Assembly (NCBI GenBank): GCA_965223295.1
Contig: CBDCWC010000002.1
Location: 1,696,001 to 1,760,000 of the forward strand
Reading direction: 5' to 3'
From: Nitrospirales bacterium
Lineage (GTDB): Bacteria > Nitrospirota > Nitrospiria > Nitrospirales > UBA8639
Length of the DNA stretch: 64,000 nt
Positions 20,872 through 32,323 of the stretch are shown piece by piece. The translations under genes and the position numbers were made by a program. The notes beneath the pieces are model-generated. The model was given only the letters and a program-made list of their open reading frames with translations, was not told where the DNA came from and ran no database searches. Within the stretch, counting starts at the first letter, position 1; the number at the start of each line of letters is the position of its first letter.

Positions 20872-21564
20872 TTACGACTTTCCACCGGGCATCTGCATTC
20901 GCCAATTCTTATAGACTATCTGAATGGAACGCCCCTGTTCACGAAAGACCGCTTCGGCCTTTTTATAGAGTTCAGCAACCAACTCCCAGTCAGCACGACT
21001 GACATTAAATGCCTGCAAGGCCAACGCGATGTTCGGTTCTTCCCACAGCGGATGCTTCTGATCATAGCCTATCAGCACAGCCAAGGCCCGCTCCGTTAAC
21101 CCTTCTTCCCTCTTCGGTCCGTTCCCTTGTTCCTCATCTTGATTTTCCCAGTCCGCCTCAGCAGCTGTCCAATAGGCGGCAACTTCTGATGATGTCGATT
21201 TCGTAAAAGTCGACTGCAATTGAATCAGCGCATGAATCACTTGGTTAGCTTGAGCAGTTCCCTCGGGAGGTAAGATGCCAGCTTCATCAAAGGTAGCCAA
21301 CAATGCCATAATCGTTCCGACCATCTTTGAACTGGTTCGCTTCGCTATAAAGACTCTGTGCGATATGTTCGAATCTTGCGGAACAACGTTCCTACCTGAT
21401 TTCTCCAGCGTCGTGAACATTCGTCCAGCTTGACCAATGTCTGAATGTAAGAAGACCACATGAATCAATAGCCACAAAAAAACTGCATGTGATCCAACCC
21501 GCCAGCGAGATTGGAAAGTATTAAAAAGTATGACCTGGTTTTGGTTTTTCAGGATTGTCCTCAT
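20872..21564 (-). CDS. Hypothetical protein, possibly exported
   Basis: 230-aa ORF filling the gap between plus-strand genes; hydrophobic N-terminal segment. Confidence 0.55.
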   Translation of the reverse strand: MRTILKNQNQVILFNTFQSRWRVGSHAVFLWLLIHVVFLHSDIGQAGRMFTTLEKSGRNVVPQDSNISHRVFIAKRTSSKMVGTIMALLATFDEAGILPPEGTAQANQVIHALIQLQSTFTKSTSSEVAAYWTAAEADWENQDEEQGNGPKREEGLTERALAVLIGYDQKHPLWEEPNIALALQAFNVSRADWELVAELYKKAEAVFREQGRSIQIVYKNWRMQMPGGKS

Positions 21565-21611
21565 TATCCATTCAAGGGTACTATGATACGTCCTCGCCTT
21601 AATTTAGGAAA

Positions 21612-22538
21612 ATGTCGCTCATGTCATCGCCCCACGTCCCATCTCCTGCCAATTCTAATCTTCAGCGCTCCTTACAATATTACCAAAAGGGAGTACTCCA
21701 ACCAGAAGCCTGGTTCAAAATTGTCGAACAGGACTACAGACAACTCATCGCGGCCATTAATTGGTTAGAGGTGTTCAAGCCCCCACGTACCGAATTTCAT
21801 GTATTGGACGTGGGATGTGGGACAGGACGTTTTCCTTCATTGCTTCGCTCCCAACTCCCGTCGACCCTTCGCATTCATTACGACTATCTTGACCCCTCTC
21901 ATTATAGTTTGGCCATGTGCCAGAAGGCACTCCAACCGCCATTCATCCCACATAATAGCTGGCAAACAACTCTGGAACATTCCCAGAAGATTCTCAGCTT
22001 TGGCATCTATGACATCGCCTGGGCTATTCAGTCCCTCTATTGCCTTGAAGATGCCCATACCCATGCAGCTTTGAAACAGCTAATGCAAGCACTTCATCCC
22101 ATGCGGGGAACAGCCTGCCTTGTCCTCGCGAGACACGACGCATTTTTTCCTCAAGTCCATCAAATGTTTTATGAACATTGCTCAGAGCACACTCCACCAC
22201 CCTATTTGTCAGCCGAATCCGCTGTGGCGACCTTGGAGGAATTAGGGGCGACAAACATTATCCGCGAACTGCCCTGTACCCACACCATTTCTATCAGAGA
22301 AGACCGCCTGTTAGAACAATACCTACAACAAAGCGTCATGGACACTATGCCGCTCCCAAAATGGCGCCAACATGCCCCATTACGGGATTTCTTGGAATCC
22401 CATCGCCATGATGACGTCTATCAATTTCCAAACACTTATTGGCTCATTTTCAGTATTCCATCTTCTGCTGGGGCTGCAGGGAAGGACCGACTACAAACGT
22501 ACCTGACCTCAGTTACCCCACCAGCGCAGACAAGATAA
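21612..22538 (+). CDS. Class I SAM-dependent methyltransferase
   Basis: VLDVGCGTG motif I, YLDPS. Confidence 0.8.
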   Translation: MSLMSSPHVPSPANSNLQRSLQYYQKGVLQPEAWFKIVEQDYRQLIAAINWLEVFKPPRTEFHVLDVGCGTGRFPSLLRSQLPSTLRIHYDYLDPSHYSLAMCQKALQPPFIPHNSWQTTLEHSQKILSFGIYDIAWAIQSLYCLEDAHTHAALKQLMQALHPMRGTACLVLARHDAFFPQVHQMFYEHCSEHTPPPYLSAESAVATLEELGATNIIRELPCTHTISIREDRLLEQYLQQSVMDTMPLPKWRQHAPLRDFLESHRHDDVYQFPNTYWLIFSIPSSAGAAGKDRLQTYLTSVTPPAQTR

Positions 22539-22721
22539 GTCTCTGAAAAAGATCGGATTTAGCACATTGACCCCTCTAGTAAAGTTGTGAGACATTCAGA
22601 CGTTTAGGGCATATGATGGACAATTTTGCCCAATCAACTTCAAGAATTTTCTGCATCTCCTAGATCATCTCAACCTGATAATCCTAGGGCACTATCGACC
22701 AATCATAAGGAGTGTACATTC

Positions 22722-24395
22722 ATGTCGGACTCGCTCAAACACCAGAGTAAAACCTTAACCGAAGGACCTGACCGCGCACCTGCTAGAGCAATGTTACGAG
22801 CAGTGGGGTTGGTCGATGAAGACTTCAATAAACCCTTAATTGCCGTGGCCAATACCTGGTCGGAAATCACCCCCTGTAACTATCACCTTCGGGATCTGGC
22901 CAATAGCGTCAAACAAGGCATTCGCGATGCCGGAGGGACCCCCATCGAATTCAACACGATCGTGGTGTCCGACGGCATCAGTATGGGGACAGAAGGCATG
23001 AAAGCTTCTCTCATCAGCCGGGAGGTCGTGGCCGATTCTATCGAACTGGCCGTCCGTGGACACCTTTTTGACGGCGTCATTGCACTTTCGGGTTGCGACA
23101 AAACCATTCCCGGCTGCGTGATGGCATTAGCCAGGCTGAATCTTCCCTCGCTCATGCTCTATGGCGGCTCCATCATGCCAGGAGAATTTCATGGCAAACC
23201 CGTCTCCATTCAAGATGTTTTCGAAGCCGTTGGTTCCCATGCCCGTGGGAAAATGAGTACCGAAGAGCTCACAGAATTAGAACGCCGTGCATGCCCAGGG
23301 GCTGGAGCTTGCGGCGGGCAATTTACGGCCAATACTATGGCCATAGCGTTTGAATTTTTGGGCATTTCACCTATGGGCTTCAATGGCATTCCTGCCCTAG
23401 ACCCAAAGAAACATGAGGCGGCCAAAGAATGTGGGAAATTGTTGATCAATCTGTTGAAAAAAAGTCTCCGCCCCACAGACATCATCACTCGCACCGCACT
23501 GGAAAATGCCATTGCCGCTATCGCCACAACCGGTGGTTCAACCAATGGTGTGTTGCATTTACTCTCTATTGCCCATGAACTATCCGTTCCCTTGACGATC
23601 GATGACTTTGATACGATCAACCGGAAAGTCCCCTTATTGGCCGATTTGAAGCCAGGCGGGCAGTATATGGCCGCGGATCTCTATCGAGCTGGCGGAACGC
23701 CTCTTGTAGCCAAATGGCTCATCGAAGCAGGACATCTTCAAGGAGAGCAGATCACCGTCACGGGCAACACTCTCAAGGAGGAAGCGGCTTCAGCTCAAGA
23801 AACAGCAGGTCAGCAGGTCCTTCACCGGGTTGCCACTCCGATCAAACCCAGCGGAGGCCTGGTCATCTTAAAAGGCAATCTGGCCCCGGAAGGTTGTGTC
23901 GTCAAAGTCGCAGGGCACAAAAAACTCATTCATAAAGGGCCGGCTAAAGTGTTTGAGGGGGAAGAGGAGGCTTTTCAAGCCGTCCAACAGGGGAGCATCA
24001 AAGACGGCGATGTTGTCGTGATTCGTTACGAAGGCCCTCAAGGAGGACCAGGGATGCGGGAAATGTTGGGCGTTACCAGCGCCATCGTCGGAGCGGGTTT
24101 AGGCGAATCCGTTGCTCTTCTCACAGACGGACGCTTTTCCGGAGCCACGCATGGACTCATGGCCGGGCATGTCGCACCCGAAGCCGCTAAAGGCGGTCCC
24201 ATTGCCGCCGTCAAGAACGGGGACATCATCAATATGGATATCACCAACCGCCGCCTGGATGTAGAACTATCAGACCAAGAAATCCAAACCAGGCTCACAA
24301 AATGGACGCCGCCCAAACCGCACTACGCCAGCGGCGTCATGGCCAAATACGCCAAACTCGTCTCTTCCGCCTCTCAAGGCGCGGTCACAAGTTGA
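22722..24395 (+). CDS. ilvD: Dihydroxy-acid dehydratase
   Basis: [39 protein letters not shown]; start reassigned to ATG 22722 after AAGGAG. Confidence 0.96.
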   Translation: MSDSLKHQSKTLTEGPDRAPARAMLRAVGLVDEDFNKPLIAVANTWSEITPCNYHLRDLANSVKQGIRDAGGTPIEFNTIVVSDGISMGTEGMKASLISREVVADSIELAVRGHLFDGVIALSGCDKTIPGCVMALARLNLPSLMLYGGSIMPGEFHGKPVSIQDVFEAVGSHARGKMSTEELTELERRACPGAGACGGQFTANTMAIAFEFLGISPMGFNGIPALDPKKHEAAKECGKLLINLLKKSLRPTDIITRTALENAIAAIATTGGSTNGVLHLLSIAHELSVPLTIDDFDTINRKVPLLADLKPGGQYMAADLYRAGGTPLVAKWLIEAGHLQGEQITVTGNTLKEEAASAQETAGQQVLHRVATPIKPSGGLVILKGNLAPEGCVVKVAGHKKLIHKGPAKVFEGEEEAFQAVQQGSIKDGDVVVIRYEGPQGGPGMREMLGVTSAIVGAGLGESVALLTDGRFSGATHGLMAGHVAPEAAKGGPIAAVKNGDIINMDITNRRLDVELSDQEIQTRLTKWTPPKPHYASGVMAKYAKLVSSASQGAVTS

Positions 24396-24463
24396 GAATC
24401 GCTTGCTCAGCCTATTGGCCTGACCAAGGTGCAGGGTCAAATTCAGATAGAAAACCTACCACA

Positions 24464-25756
24464 CTATTTTTTGAGAAGGACATTGGTCTTTTTTTGTGCG
24501 ATTTGGACGGTTTGGAAGGCACGGTCTTTTTGACCGAGCGGGGCATCCTGTTCAATCGCCTTGAGGAACTCTTGAGGGCCATGAACCGGAGCATAGGTGA
24601 GAGTCACGATTACATCCATAGAAGGAGCATCTTTAGGTGTTGGGAAGGAGAAAGTTTCCTTTCGTGTTTCTTCCGGCTGGAGCAGCGTATCTTGTAAGAC
24701 CTTTTTGGCTTCGAAATCCAAGACTGTTTCTTTGCCGTCTGCCCCACCAAAGACTCGCTGATAGAATCGCTGTTCGTTATAGACCGTCTTAAGATTCTTC
24801 CCCTTAACGGTCAGATCAACGACCACCCGTGACCATCCAGGATGGGGTAACGGCAAATTATGCGGCACAAGACTTTTGATGGTGACATCGACTTGAGAGG
24901 TTTTGCCCTTGACCGTGGAGGAAAAATCCAGCTCGACCGCCTCTGCCCGGACTTTGCCAAATCTTCCCGGAAAGCTGTGATTCGCCACTTTTCTAATTTT
25001 TTCACCATTGGCTGACTCAGCAACTGCCTCAGGCATATGACAGGATTGACAAGGCTTTCCACTTTTCTCCGCTTGCGATTCTTTCCATGTTCCTAACCAA
25101 CCGGGCAAATCCTTGGCAGATTGGGCGGTTTTTGGCAAGCTATCATGGCATGTGACACAAAATTGTGAACTTCCGAACAACTCAAGTTTCTGAGATTGAT
25201 GAGCTAAATTTTCAGCCGCTTTGTCATAGTTCCCAAAGATGGTTGTGCCCAATTGAAACGTGGGAATCGGAGGATGGGCATTAGCATCCACATCATGAAT
25301 CAAATGACATTGCGGACATCCAACTCCATCCATGTGTGGATCTTTGGATTCAACTTCCTTAATAAATCGAGGTAAGAGTTCGCTATATTCGGCAATATGC
25401 GGGGCATGACACTGAAAACACATCGCGCGATCTTTTTTGTCTGCCTTGGCTAAATACCGCTCTAAGGTGATGCGAAATGGCGCGGAGACGATGGAACGAG
25501 ATTGGGCTGAAGCTTCCCATTCTTCAAAGGCACGGAGATGACAACGTTTGCACTTTTCTGAATTTGGGAATGCTTTCTCCACGGGTTTTTTCGCAGCCAT
25601 CACCGAAGGAACACACACAGCCAATATGACAGCGATCAAAACGCTACAAATTTTTGCTATTTGTACATTTCTACCCCACCTATGTCCTCTCAGCACAACG
25701 GGGTGAAAACTAAAATCTTGCCAAACGGAAAAAATCTGTAGAGTCTTCTTATCCAT
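24464..25756 (-). CDS. Pentaheme c-type cytochrome (c554-like) with C-terminal beta domain
   Basis: CKRCH, CFQCH, CPQCH, CVTCH, CQSCH; signal/anchor segment; true start may be downstream. Confidence 0.88.
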   Translation of the reverse strand: MDKKTLQIFSVWQDFSFHPVVLRGHRWGRNVQIAKICSVLIAVILAVCVPSVMAAKKPVEKAFPNSEKCKRCHLRAFEEWEASAQSRSIVSAPFRITLERYLAKADKKDRAMCFQCHAPHIAEYSELLPRFIKEVESKDPHMDGVGCPQCHLIHDVDANAHPPIPTFQLGTTIFGNYDKAAENLAHQSQKLELFGSSQFCVTCHDSLPKTAQSAKDLPGWLGTWKESQAEKSGKPCQSCHMPEAVAESANGEKIRKVANHSFPGRFGKVRAEAVELDFSSTVKGKTSQVDVTIKSLVPHNLPLPHPGWSRVVVDLTVKGKNLKTVYNEQRFYQRVFGGADGKETVLDFEAKKVLQDTLLQPEETRKETFSFPTPKDAPSMDVIVTLTYAPVHGPQEFLKAIEQDAPLGQKDRAFQTVQIAQKKTNVLLKK

Positions 25757-25781
25757 ATAATCTTCTAATCGAATAAAGTGC

Positions 25782-27110
25782 TTATAAGTTCATGGTCCGA
25801 AACGTGAGCAATCGAGGAGTGGCATAATCATTGATAATCGCTTCGGCTTTTTCACGGTCTTTTTCATCGGGCAACGTGGCAAAATAGGCTTCTTTCAACT
25901 CTCCAGTTGGTTTCGGAATCAAAGCATAATTAAGAGCCGCTTCAATTAACAATCCCTGCGTATCTTGTGGAGCCTTCAAGGAAAAAGGAATATGGCGGGT
26001 TGTTCCCCCATTCACCAAAGGCCGTGGGATCGGACCGCGCAACAACTCTTCAAACGTTTTTCCAAACCGTTCGGTATATTGATCGACGACCTGCCCATCG
26101 GCCGATTTGAGTGTCACGGTCACAAAAAATTGCTTCAAGACCGGGTCTCCACCGGGAAACGTATGTGGAAGGGCTCCATTTTTTACAAGCACTTCACCTT
26201 CAATAACTCCCTGACCAGGCTTTGCGTCAATGTCTACCCGCGAAAACCATTCGGCCTGTAGATTACGATTGCTCAACATGATGCCTGGAATCACAATCCC
26301 CTGAAACCAATGACGCCCAATCGGACGCGTTAAGGCCCCTCGTTGCGAGGTGGAACTACCCGTTGATTGTTCCATATGACAATCCTGACAAATCGTGCCC
26401 TTCAGAATTTGCCCAGGAATATCTTCCCGCATCACATCTTTGACTTTACCAAAATGACACGAGGCACAGTAATGCGCGCCTTTATAGATATCAGCCTGTT
26501 TAGACGGATGAACAAGGTTTTCTTCAGGTTCCGCATAGGGACCAAAAATCGCCTCACCTGAGGAAATTTTAAATGTGGGATGCCCATTCGGATTTTCCTG
26601 GGTCCCGGAAATTAAATGGCAGGCGCTACAACTAATGCCTTCGACCTTTACATGTTTCCTGCCTTTCATAACTTGATCAATAATGCGATCAGTATATTGT
26701 GGAAACACCGTAACGGAAGGCGCATGGCAGGAAAGACAACGGTTCCGTTCGTCAGCATTGGGTTTAGTCTGCAACCACAAACCCAATACGGTTTGAAACA
26801 CAGGAGAAGTCAGCGCGGTACCATGCAAGAGAGCCCCATCCACACGACCAAAGGTTTTGAGATCCATAGTCTGCTCACGCATGCCTTTCCATTCTTCATA
26901 ATGGCGATCATGGCATTGCTTGCATTGTTCGGATGGAATAAAGATTTCTTCAATCTCTTCCATCCAACTACGTTCTCCAGCCTCAGAAGATGGTGCTAGT
27001 TCTTGTGCGGCTACGAATCCAGCCAAGCTCAGGCCCACGAGGATACTCCCCAAGAGAATTCGAGCAAAGGGGCACACCCCAATCTTCCGAAAATCATCGC
27101 TCTTTATCAT
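25782..27110 (-). CDS. Pentaheme c-type cytochrome (c554-like), paralogue of neighbour
   Basis: CKQCH, CLSCH, CSACH, CASCH, CQDCH; signal peptide. Confidence 0.88.
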   Translation of the reverse strand: MIKSDDFRKIGVCPFARILLGSILVGLSLAGFVAAQELAPSSEAGERSWMEEIEEIFIPSEQCKQCHDRHYEEWKGMREQTMDLKTFGRVDGALLHGTALTSPVFQTVLGLWLQTKPNADERNRCLSCHAPSVTVFPQYTDRIIDQVMKGRKHVKVEGISCSACHLISGTQENPNGHPTFKISSGEAIFGPYAEPEENLVHPSKQADIYKGAHYCASCHFGKVKDVMREDIPGQILKGTICQDCHMEQSTGSSTSQRGALTRPIGRHWFQGIVIPGIMLSNRNLQAEWFSRVDIDAKPGQGVIEGEVLVKNGALPHTFPGGDPVLKQFFVTVTLKSADGQVVDQYTERFGKTFEELLRGPIPRPLVNGGTTRHIPFSLKAPQDTQGLLIEAALNYALIPKPTGELKEAYFATLPDEKDREKAEAIINDYATPRLLTFRTMNL

Positions 27111-27119
27111 GAATACCCG

Positions 27120-27572
27120 TTAATCCTGCAAAATGCGTACAAAATGAAAATTCAACCCTCCGGTGACTCCGACACCCGTCATAGGCTCATAGGTCGCAAC
27201 TGTGAAATTCTGAGTTGGTAATGTCTTTTCCAAAGCTCGTCCCAAATCCAACAAGGTACGAATTTCAAAAGTGTCAACTTCTTTAATCACAGCTTTGACC
27301 TTAATACCTGAAAGTTCTGCTGGCGACCCCCCGATAACCGCGAAAACCACGACCCCTTCGGCTTTCGTCAGTCCGAGTATTTCTTGAATTTCCTCGTCAA
27401 CTTCTCCAACATCCACACCAAATTGCTCAGCCAGGGCTAAAGCCTTTTCTTCGGTCATCGAACTCGTGTCTGACTCTGCAAAGACGGGAAGAGACGTCAT
27501 CTCGAATCCTATTAACAAACACAAAATGAATAAGAGGGTGGGATTTGTTATTCCAGAAAAATGAGGTCTCAT
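27120..27572 (-). CDS. Exported single-PDZ-domain protein
   Basis: GVVVFAVIGGSPAELSGIK; signal peptide from ATG 27572, which avoids overlap with the upstream gene. Confidence 0.75.
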   Translation of the reverse strand: MRPHFSGITNPTLLFILCLLIGFEMTSLPVFAESDTSSMTEEKALALAEQFGVDVGEVDEEIQEILGLTKAEGVVVFAVIGGSPAELSGIKVKAVIKEVDTFEIRTLLDLGRALEKTLPTQNFTVATYEPMTGVGVTGGLNFHFVRILQD

Positions 27573-27579
27573 GTATTCC

Positions 27580-28428
27580 CTATTGTGCTTGAACCGGATC
27601 AATTTGCAACTGCATCCAGGAGGCGACCGCTTTTTGTCCATTACGTTCTTTGTTTTCCCCGTTCCACACTGCAAAGGCCACCGCCTGCAATCGCCCAGGG
27701 ATGAGCTTGGCTTCATTCTCGAGCGCATCGCCCTCGACGCTCAGCGGGCGTTTCATCACGACGCGCCAGAGTCCACGCTTCCATTCGGCCTGGCCCTTAA
27801 TTCGACCTTGCCGCTCTTTACTGGTCAATGTGCTAAATCCACCACCGATTAGATCCTCGACGGAAGATGGTCGCCGTGGAATGACTTCAAAACGACGAGG
27901 GCCTTTTCTTTTTCGTTTCGATTCTTTCGCTCGAGCCGCCCGGCGATCCACGTCACTCTGCCAATCAGCTTTCCAATGCCAAATGTTCACGTAATGATCC
28001 AACTGCCCCATACAAAAAAAGGCTGGCGCATCTCCGACGGGAAGAGCCACGGCTGCTCCATCTCGAAACACCCCAGGCGTTAAGGATTCATTCACCGTGG
28101 CATCTTGCCATTCCATTAAAAATGCGACTTCTTTTCCATTGTGAATCGACCGAATAGATAACGCCCGGACACTCGGCTCCGGCCACACGGGTCGGGTAAT
28201 AATTTGGCCGCTCAGCGGGAGGGGAAGAGGAGAGACAGTTTCCCACGCCGGATCAGAAGGATGCGATGGCACTTCTCCTTCTTGGAAATGGGCACGAACC
28301 ACCATGCCCTGCGAACTCACCAAGGGAACTTCATGCCAGGTCAAGGCGAAAAGCAAGATCAACCCCATTGATCCCCAAAACCAAAGAGGCTGCATTTTAC
28401 ACCTGAGTGACCGATGAGCGCCTAACAC
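27580..28428 (-). CDS. EbdC/DMSO-reductase type II gamma-like heme b protein (NxrC candidate 1)
   Basis: FRDGAAV, CMGQ (Met ligand), VNIWHWKA, AFAVWNG..ERNGQK (Lys ligand); N-terminal TM/signal. Confidence 0.8.
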   Translation of the reverse strand: MLGAHRSLRCKMQPLWFWGSMGLILLFALTWHEVPLVSSQGMVVRAHFQEGEVPSHPSDPAWETVSPLPLPLSGQIITRPVWPEPSVRALSIRSIHNGKEVAFLMEWQDATVNESLTPGVFRDGAAVALPVGDAPAFFCMGQLDHYVNIWHWKADWQSDVDRRAARAKESKRKRKGPRRFEVIPRRPSSVEDLIGGGFSTLTSKERQGRIKGQAEWKRGLWRVVMKRPLSVEGDALENEAKLIPGRLQAVAFAVWNGENKERNGQKAVASWMQLQIDPVQAQ

Positions 28429-28617
28429 GGATGACTAACCTCCAATTTCATCTTACCATTTTCAAATGAGAGGATGCAGGCTCAAAAGATACATACGCTA
28501 AGAAAGCGTTGAAACATGGCCCTGAATTTAAAAAAAGATTTGACGAAAATAACCGGCAAGAATTTTTCCCATGAACCAAAAGGCCGGAGGACGTGGTCCT
28601 CTCTTGGATGGAGGGTT

Positions 28618-29871
28618 CTAGCTTACTTTCACCCGTCGAACTTTATTTTCATTACGTTCACATATGTATAAATGCCCCTGGGAGTCCAACGTGAGACCAG
28701 CAGGGGTGTTTACAATGGCTTCAGTTGCCGACAAACCGTCCCCGTGCTTCAGCATACCCGCGTCTTCTTTGGCCACAAATCGAGCGGCTCCGCAGCCTCC
28801 CATATTTTTATCGTCATAGCCACTATCGCCGTTGCCAACGACCGTCGAAATCACGCCTGTCTTGGCATCGACTTTTCGGATCCGATGGTTCATGGAATCG
28901 GAAATATAAACATTCCCATCATCATCCACAACCGCACTCTCTGGAACATTCAGCATAGATTGAACAGCCAACTTCCCATCTCCATCAAACCCAAACCGGC
29001 ACACTCCGGCAATCGTGGAGACGGTACCCGTCTTCATATCAATTTTCCGAATACGATTGGTGCCTTTATCTGTCACATAGAGATCACCATGGCGATCCAC
29101 ATCAATGTCCACCACATCAAAAAACTTACATTCCATGGCTGGCTTGCCATCATCTAAATACAGGCTCAAATCTAATCCGTCAGAACACTTCGGACGCAAC
29201 AAACCTTCGTCATTACTAAAATCAATGCCTATAGCATCCCCCGACAACACGATCAGATTTTGAGCTGTGAGAGGACTGATCCGCTCATCATCTTCATCGG
29301 TCCAACATCCTCCAATCGTGGTGACCATGCCGGTCTCTAAATCATATTGCCGAATCCGATGCGCTTGAGTATCCGCAATAAACAAACGATCATGCTGGTC
29401 GAAAACAATCGCGGCTGGATAGGTCAAATTCACCTCTAACCCAGGGCCATCGCCATTAAATCCCCATTGTCCTGTCCCGACAACCGTCGTAATAATTCCA
29501 GTTTCCGCATCGATTTTTCGAATACGGTTACTCCCTGAATCACACACATAGAGATTATTCTTGGAATCGCAGGCCACATCTAGAGGAAGATATAACCCGG
29601 CTTCTCCGCATGGCCCATAATCGCCGCTGTAACAGGTTTCACCCGTGCCCGCAAAATTATGGAGGCGGCCGGTTTCTAAATCCACCCGCCGGACCCGGTC
29701 AGACCCGCATTCGGCAATGTAGACATACCGTCCATCGCGATCCACGGTGACTTGGTTAGGCAGAGGAATTCCTGCTTTGACAGCTCGTTTTCCATCTCCG
29801 GTGCTTCGGGATTTCCCATTCCCTGCAAATGTTTCAATCACATCGATTGCGACAGGCGTCTCTGTTTCCAT
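28618..29871 (-). CDS. NHL-repeat beta-propeller protein
   Basis: Repeated (Y/F)I(A/S/C)D..N.RIRK(I/V)D..TG.I.T..G.G..G..GDG units. Confidence 0.88.
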   Translation of the reverse strand: METETPVAIDVIETFAGNGKSRSTGDGKRAVKAGIPLPNQVTVDRDGRYVYIAECGSDRVRRVDLETGRLHNFAGTGETCYSGDYGPCGEAGLYLPLDVACDSKNNLYVCDSGSNRIRKIDAETGIITTVVGTGQWGFNGDGPGLEVNLTYPAAIVFDQHDRLFIADTQAHRIRQYDLETGMVTTIGGCWTDEDDERISPLTAQNLIVLSGDAIGIDFSNDEGLLRPKCSDGLDLSLYLDDGKPAMECKFFDVVDIDVDRHGDLYVTDKGTNRIRKIDMKTGTVSTIAGVCRFGFDGDGKLAVQSMLNVPESAVVDDDGNVYISDSMNHRIRKVDAKTGVISTVVGNGDSGYDDKNMGGCGAARFVAKEDAGMLKHGDGLSATEAIVNTPAGLTLDSQGHLYICERNENKVRRVKVS

Positions 29872-29964
29872 TATGGTTCAACCCTCTTATGTTGAGCAAA
29901 AAGAACACAAACTCTCTGACTACGGTGTAAGCCGATGCTCACCTAACTCCCATACCTCTTTCCC

Positions 29965-30285
29965 CTAGGCTTTTGCTGGGGCAGAAACAGGCTCAGGCGA
30001 TGCTGGCTGAACCGTCTCAGGTTGTGGCGCTGACGGAGCTTCCACTGATGCCGCCTGAACAGGCTGAGCAATTTGCTGAGGAGCGACCGTTGAAGCCACC
30101 GTTCCTTCTTCAGCCTGGGCCTGAGGATCAATATCGTATTGCTCAGCTTCCTGTACGGATTTCTTGAATCCTTTAATAGCCTTCCCTACACCTTCGCCTA
30201 GTTGGGGTAACTTTCCTGCACCAAAAATAATGAGGACGATCACCAAAATAAGAATCAGTTCTGTAAAACCTAAACTTCCAAACAT
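29965..30285 (-). CDS. tatA: Twin-arginine translocase subunit TatA/E
   Basis: [43 protein letters not shown]. Confidence 0.94.
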   Translation of the reverse strand: MFGSLGFTELILILVIVLIIFGAGKLPQLGEGVGKAIKGFKKSVQEAEQYDIDPQAQAEEGTVASTVAPQQIAQPVQAASVEAPSAPQPETVQPASPEPVSAPAKA

Positions 30286-30308
30286 TGTTCATCCTCCTTG
30301 CTAGGATA

Positions 30309-31124
30309 TTACTTTTTGGCAGCTTCGCGAGAGCGTTTACTAAATCGCTCTTTCAAACGATTGCGCGTCTCTTCCGCCTGTTCGAACATCTTGCACTTTT
30401 CATAGGTATTGATCAGATTGTAATAGGCTAATGGTTCATCGGGATTACTATCTACGGCATCTTCCATGACCTTGACGGCCATGTCCGGTTTCTTCAAATT
30501 TAAGGCGATCTCCATGAGTTTAAAACTTGAATCTAAATGATGGGGGTCAAACTCTAAGACCTTCATATACGCTTGCATGGCCATATCTAGCGTATTGAAA
30601 TCCGAAACTTGCGGGTCATCAAGTTTTTCATAAACTCCGGCGAGATTATACCAGGCGATGGGATCTTCCGATGAGATCTCAATAAGACGCTCGAAGTATT
30701 CCTTGGCCTCCAAGTACTCCGCCCGCTCATTATATAACCGTCCTACGTTGAATAACGCCAACACATCATACGCATTGAGTTCTAGGGCCCGTTTGAATTG
30801 TGCAATCGCGTCATCCAACATACCCTTGGTGCCGTAAATGGTGCCTAAATTCGAATAATACATGGCCAAAGACCGGTCCATTTCCACTCGAAGGCCTTCT
30901 GCCATCTCAATGGATTTTTTGACCTCCGATAAGGCCTCATCCATACGTCCTTTATTGAAATAGAGCTCGCCTAACCGGCACCGCGCTTGAAAATCATCAG
31001 GTTCTTCACCTAACAATTTTTCAAGCTCCGCAATTTCTTCATCAACAGTTAATGATTGTTCTTCAGTTGGAGCATCGCCGGCTTGAGCGTCCATCGTTTG
31101 AGTTCCAGCAACTTGTTCGTCCAT
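30309..31124 (-). CDS. Tetratricopeptide-repeat protein
   Basis: Several TPR motifs (YSNLGTIY...A..F.RALELN, AWYNLAGVY). Confidence 0.88.
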   Translation of the reverse strand: MDEQVAGTQTMDAQAGDAPTEEQSLTVDEEIAELEKLLGEEPDDFQARCRLGELYFNKGRMDEALSEVKKSIEMAEGLRVEMDRSLAMYYSNLGTIYGTKGMLDDAIAQFKRALELNAYDVLALFNVGRLYNERAEYLEAKEYFERLIEISSEDPIAWYNLAGVYEKLDDPQVSDFNTLDMAMQAYMKVLEFDPHHLDSSFKLMEIALNLKKPDMAVKVMEDAVDSNPDEPLAYYNLINTYEKCKMFEQAEETRNRLKERFSKRSREAAKK

Positions 31125-31139
31125 TGCATGTATCCTTCG

Positions 31140-32282
31140 CTACGGTGTTTGTTCTCCGAATACGGGTCGAAGAGGTTGATAGTGGATTTGGTCCTGATTC
31201 TTTTTTCGAAGACGCCCTAAAGTTCCTCGCTTATCAATGTTTAATAACATTAACCCAAGCACTACCATTAACGTCAAATGGGATAACTGTAGGGCATAGC
31301 CAGCCATAAACATGAGCCCGAGCCCATAGCCGGCCAGGCGACCAATAATGACCAACTTAATGACGGTATAAGCCCAACAGGTAAACCCTAGCACATAGAA
31401 GGCAAAGGGGAGAAAAAAGGTATACCCCATACCCATTTGGAAGATCCAACCAATGCCTTCCCCTGCTTTTCTGACTTCAAGAGCCGTTTGAGGGCTCCAC
31501 AGGGTCAGAAAATAGTCCATAAATAAGAGGATGAGAAAGACGCTGCCTCCACTGATTAAGAGAGACATCCCCCATTTTCGTTGGGATTTGTTTTTCGTAA
31601 CAAATGAGGTGCTGCCATAAGCCCAAAACACCAGAATGCTCGATAACACCATCAGGGCCTCCCCTAGCCGGTTGATTTCATGAACCAGAGGCGGAGTATC
31701 CAGAATATTCAGTAACCCATAGGTGGTGGACATCGTTTGATAATAAAGCCATCCGGTAATTCCCAGGAAAAACGTCCCAACCATCAGCCGCTGACTCACC
31801 AAGCGATGGGTTTCCCAATACTCCAGCAGAAGAAACACTAAGATGCTAAAAGCCAAAATATTATAAACCACCGACCCCAGCATAGCCGGTGGGAAAAACA
31901 GAAACCCTACTGTGCACGCAACCAGGAGTGCGGCCAAAGGAATCACGACTTTATCCCACTGCCCGACCCATAGCTTGGTGCGTAGTTTTTGAACAATCAA
32001 AATGCCTAAAATCAAAAACACGAGGATGGCGGTCATATTTAAGAGAACAAAACCTAATGATGACAAGGTTCGAAATCCTATGCGTACCGCTTCGTATTTT
32101 TCCGCGAGTTTTCCTAGATGCATCCCTAAACGCGACACTAACCGGTACAGCACCAATTCAAAGAATGCCGCAAAGAGCAGGCTCTTGAGCCCCCACTCAA
32201 AGAGCAGTCCAGGGTTATCCAGTTTATCTGACAGCTTATCAGTTGCGGCAATCATGAAGAGACCCTCACAAAATAGAGCCAT
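31140..32282 (-). CDS. Hypothetical polytopic membrane protein
   Basis: About 9-10 hydrophobic segments; tightly packed in operon. Confidence 0.75.
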   Translation of the reverse strand: MALFCEGLFMIAATDKLSDKLDNPGLLFEWGLKSLLFAAFFELVLYRLVSRLGMHLGKLAEKYEAVRIGFRTLSSLGFVLLNMTAILVFLILGILIVQKLRTKLWVGQWDKVVIPLAALLVACTVGFLFFPPAMLGSVVYNILAFSILVFLLLEYWETHRLVSQRLMVGTFFLGITGWLYYQTMSTTYGLLNILDTPPLVHEINRLGEALMVLSSILVFWAYGSTSFVTKNKSQRKWGMSLLISGGSVFLILLFMDYFLTLWSPQTALEVRKAGEGIGWIFQMGMGYTFFLPFAFYVLGFTCWAYTVIKLVIIGRLAGYGLGLMFMAGYALQLSHLTLMVVLGLMLLNIDKRGTLGRLRKKNQDQIHYQPLRPVFGEQTP

Positions 32283-32323
32283 TGTATTGGTTGACTCTCT
32301 TGAGCAGAGAAGAATGCCATCAC

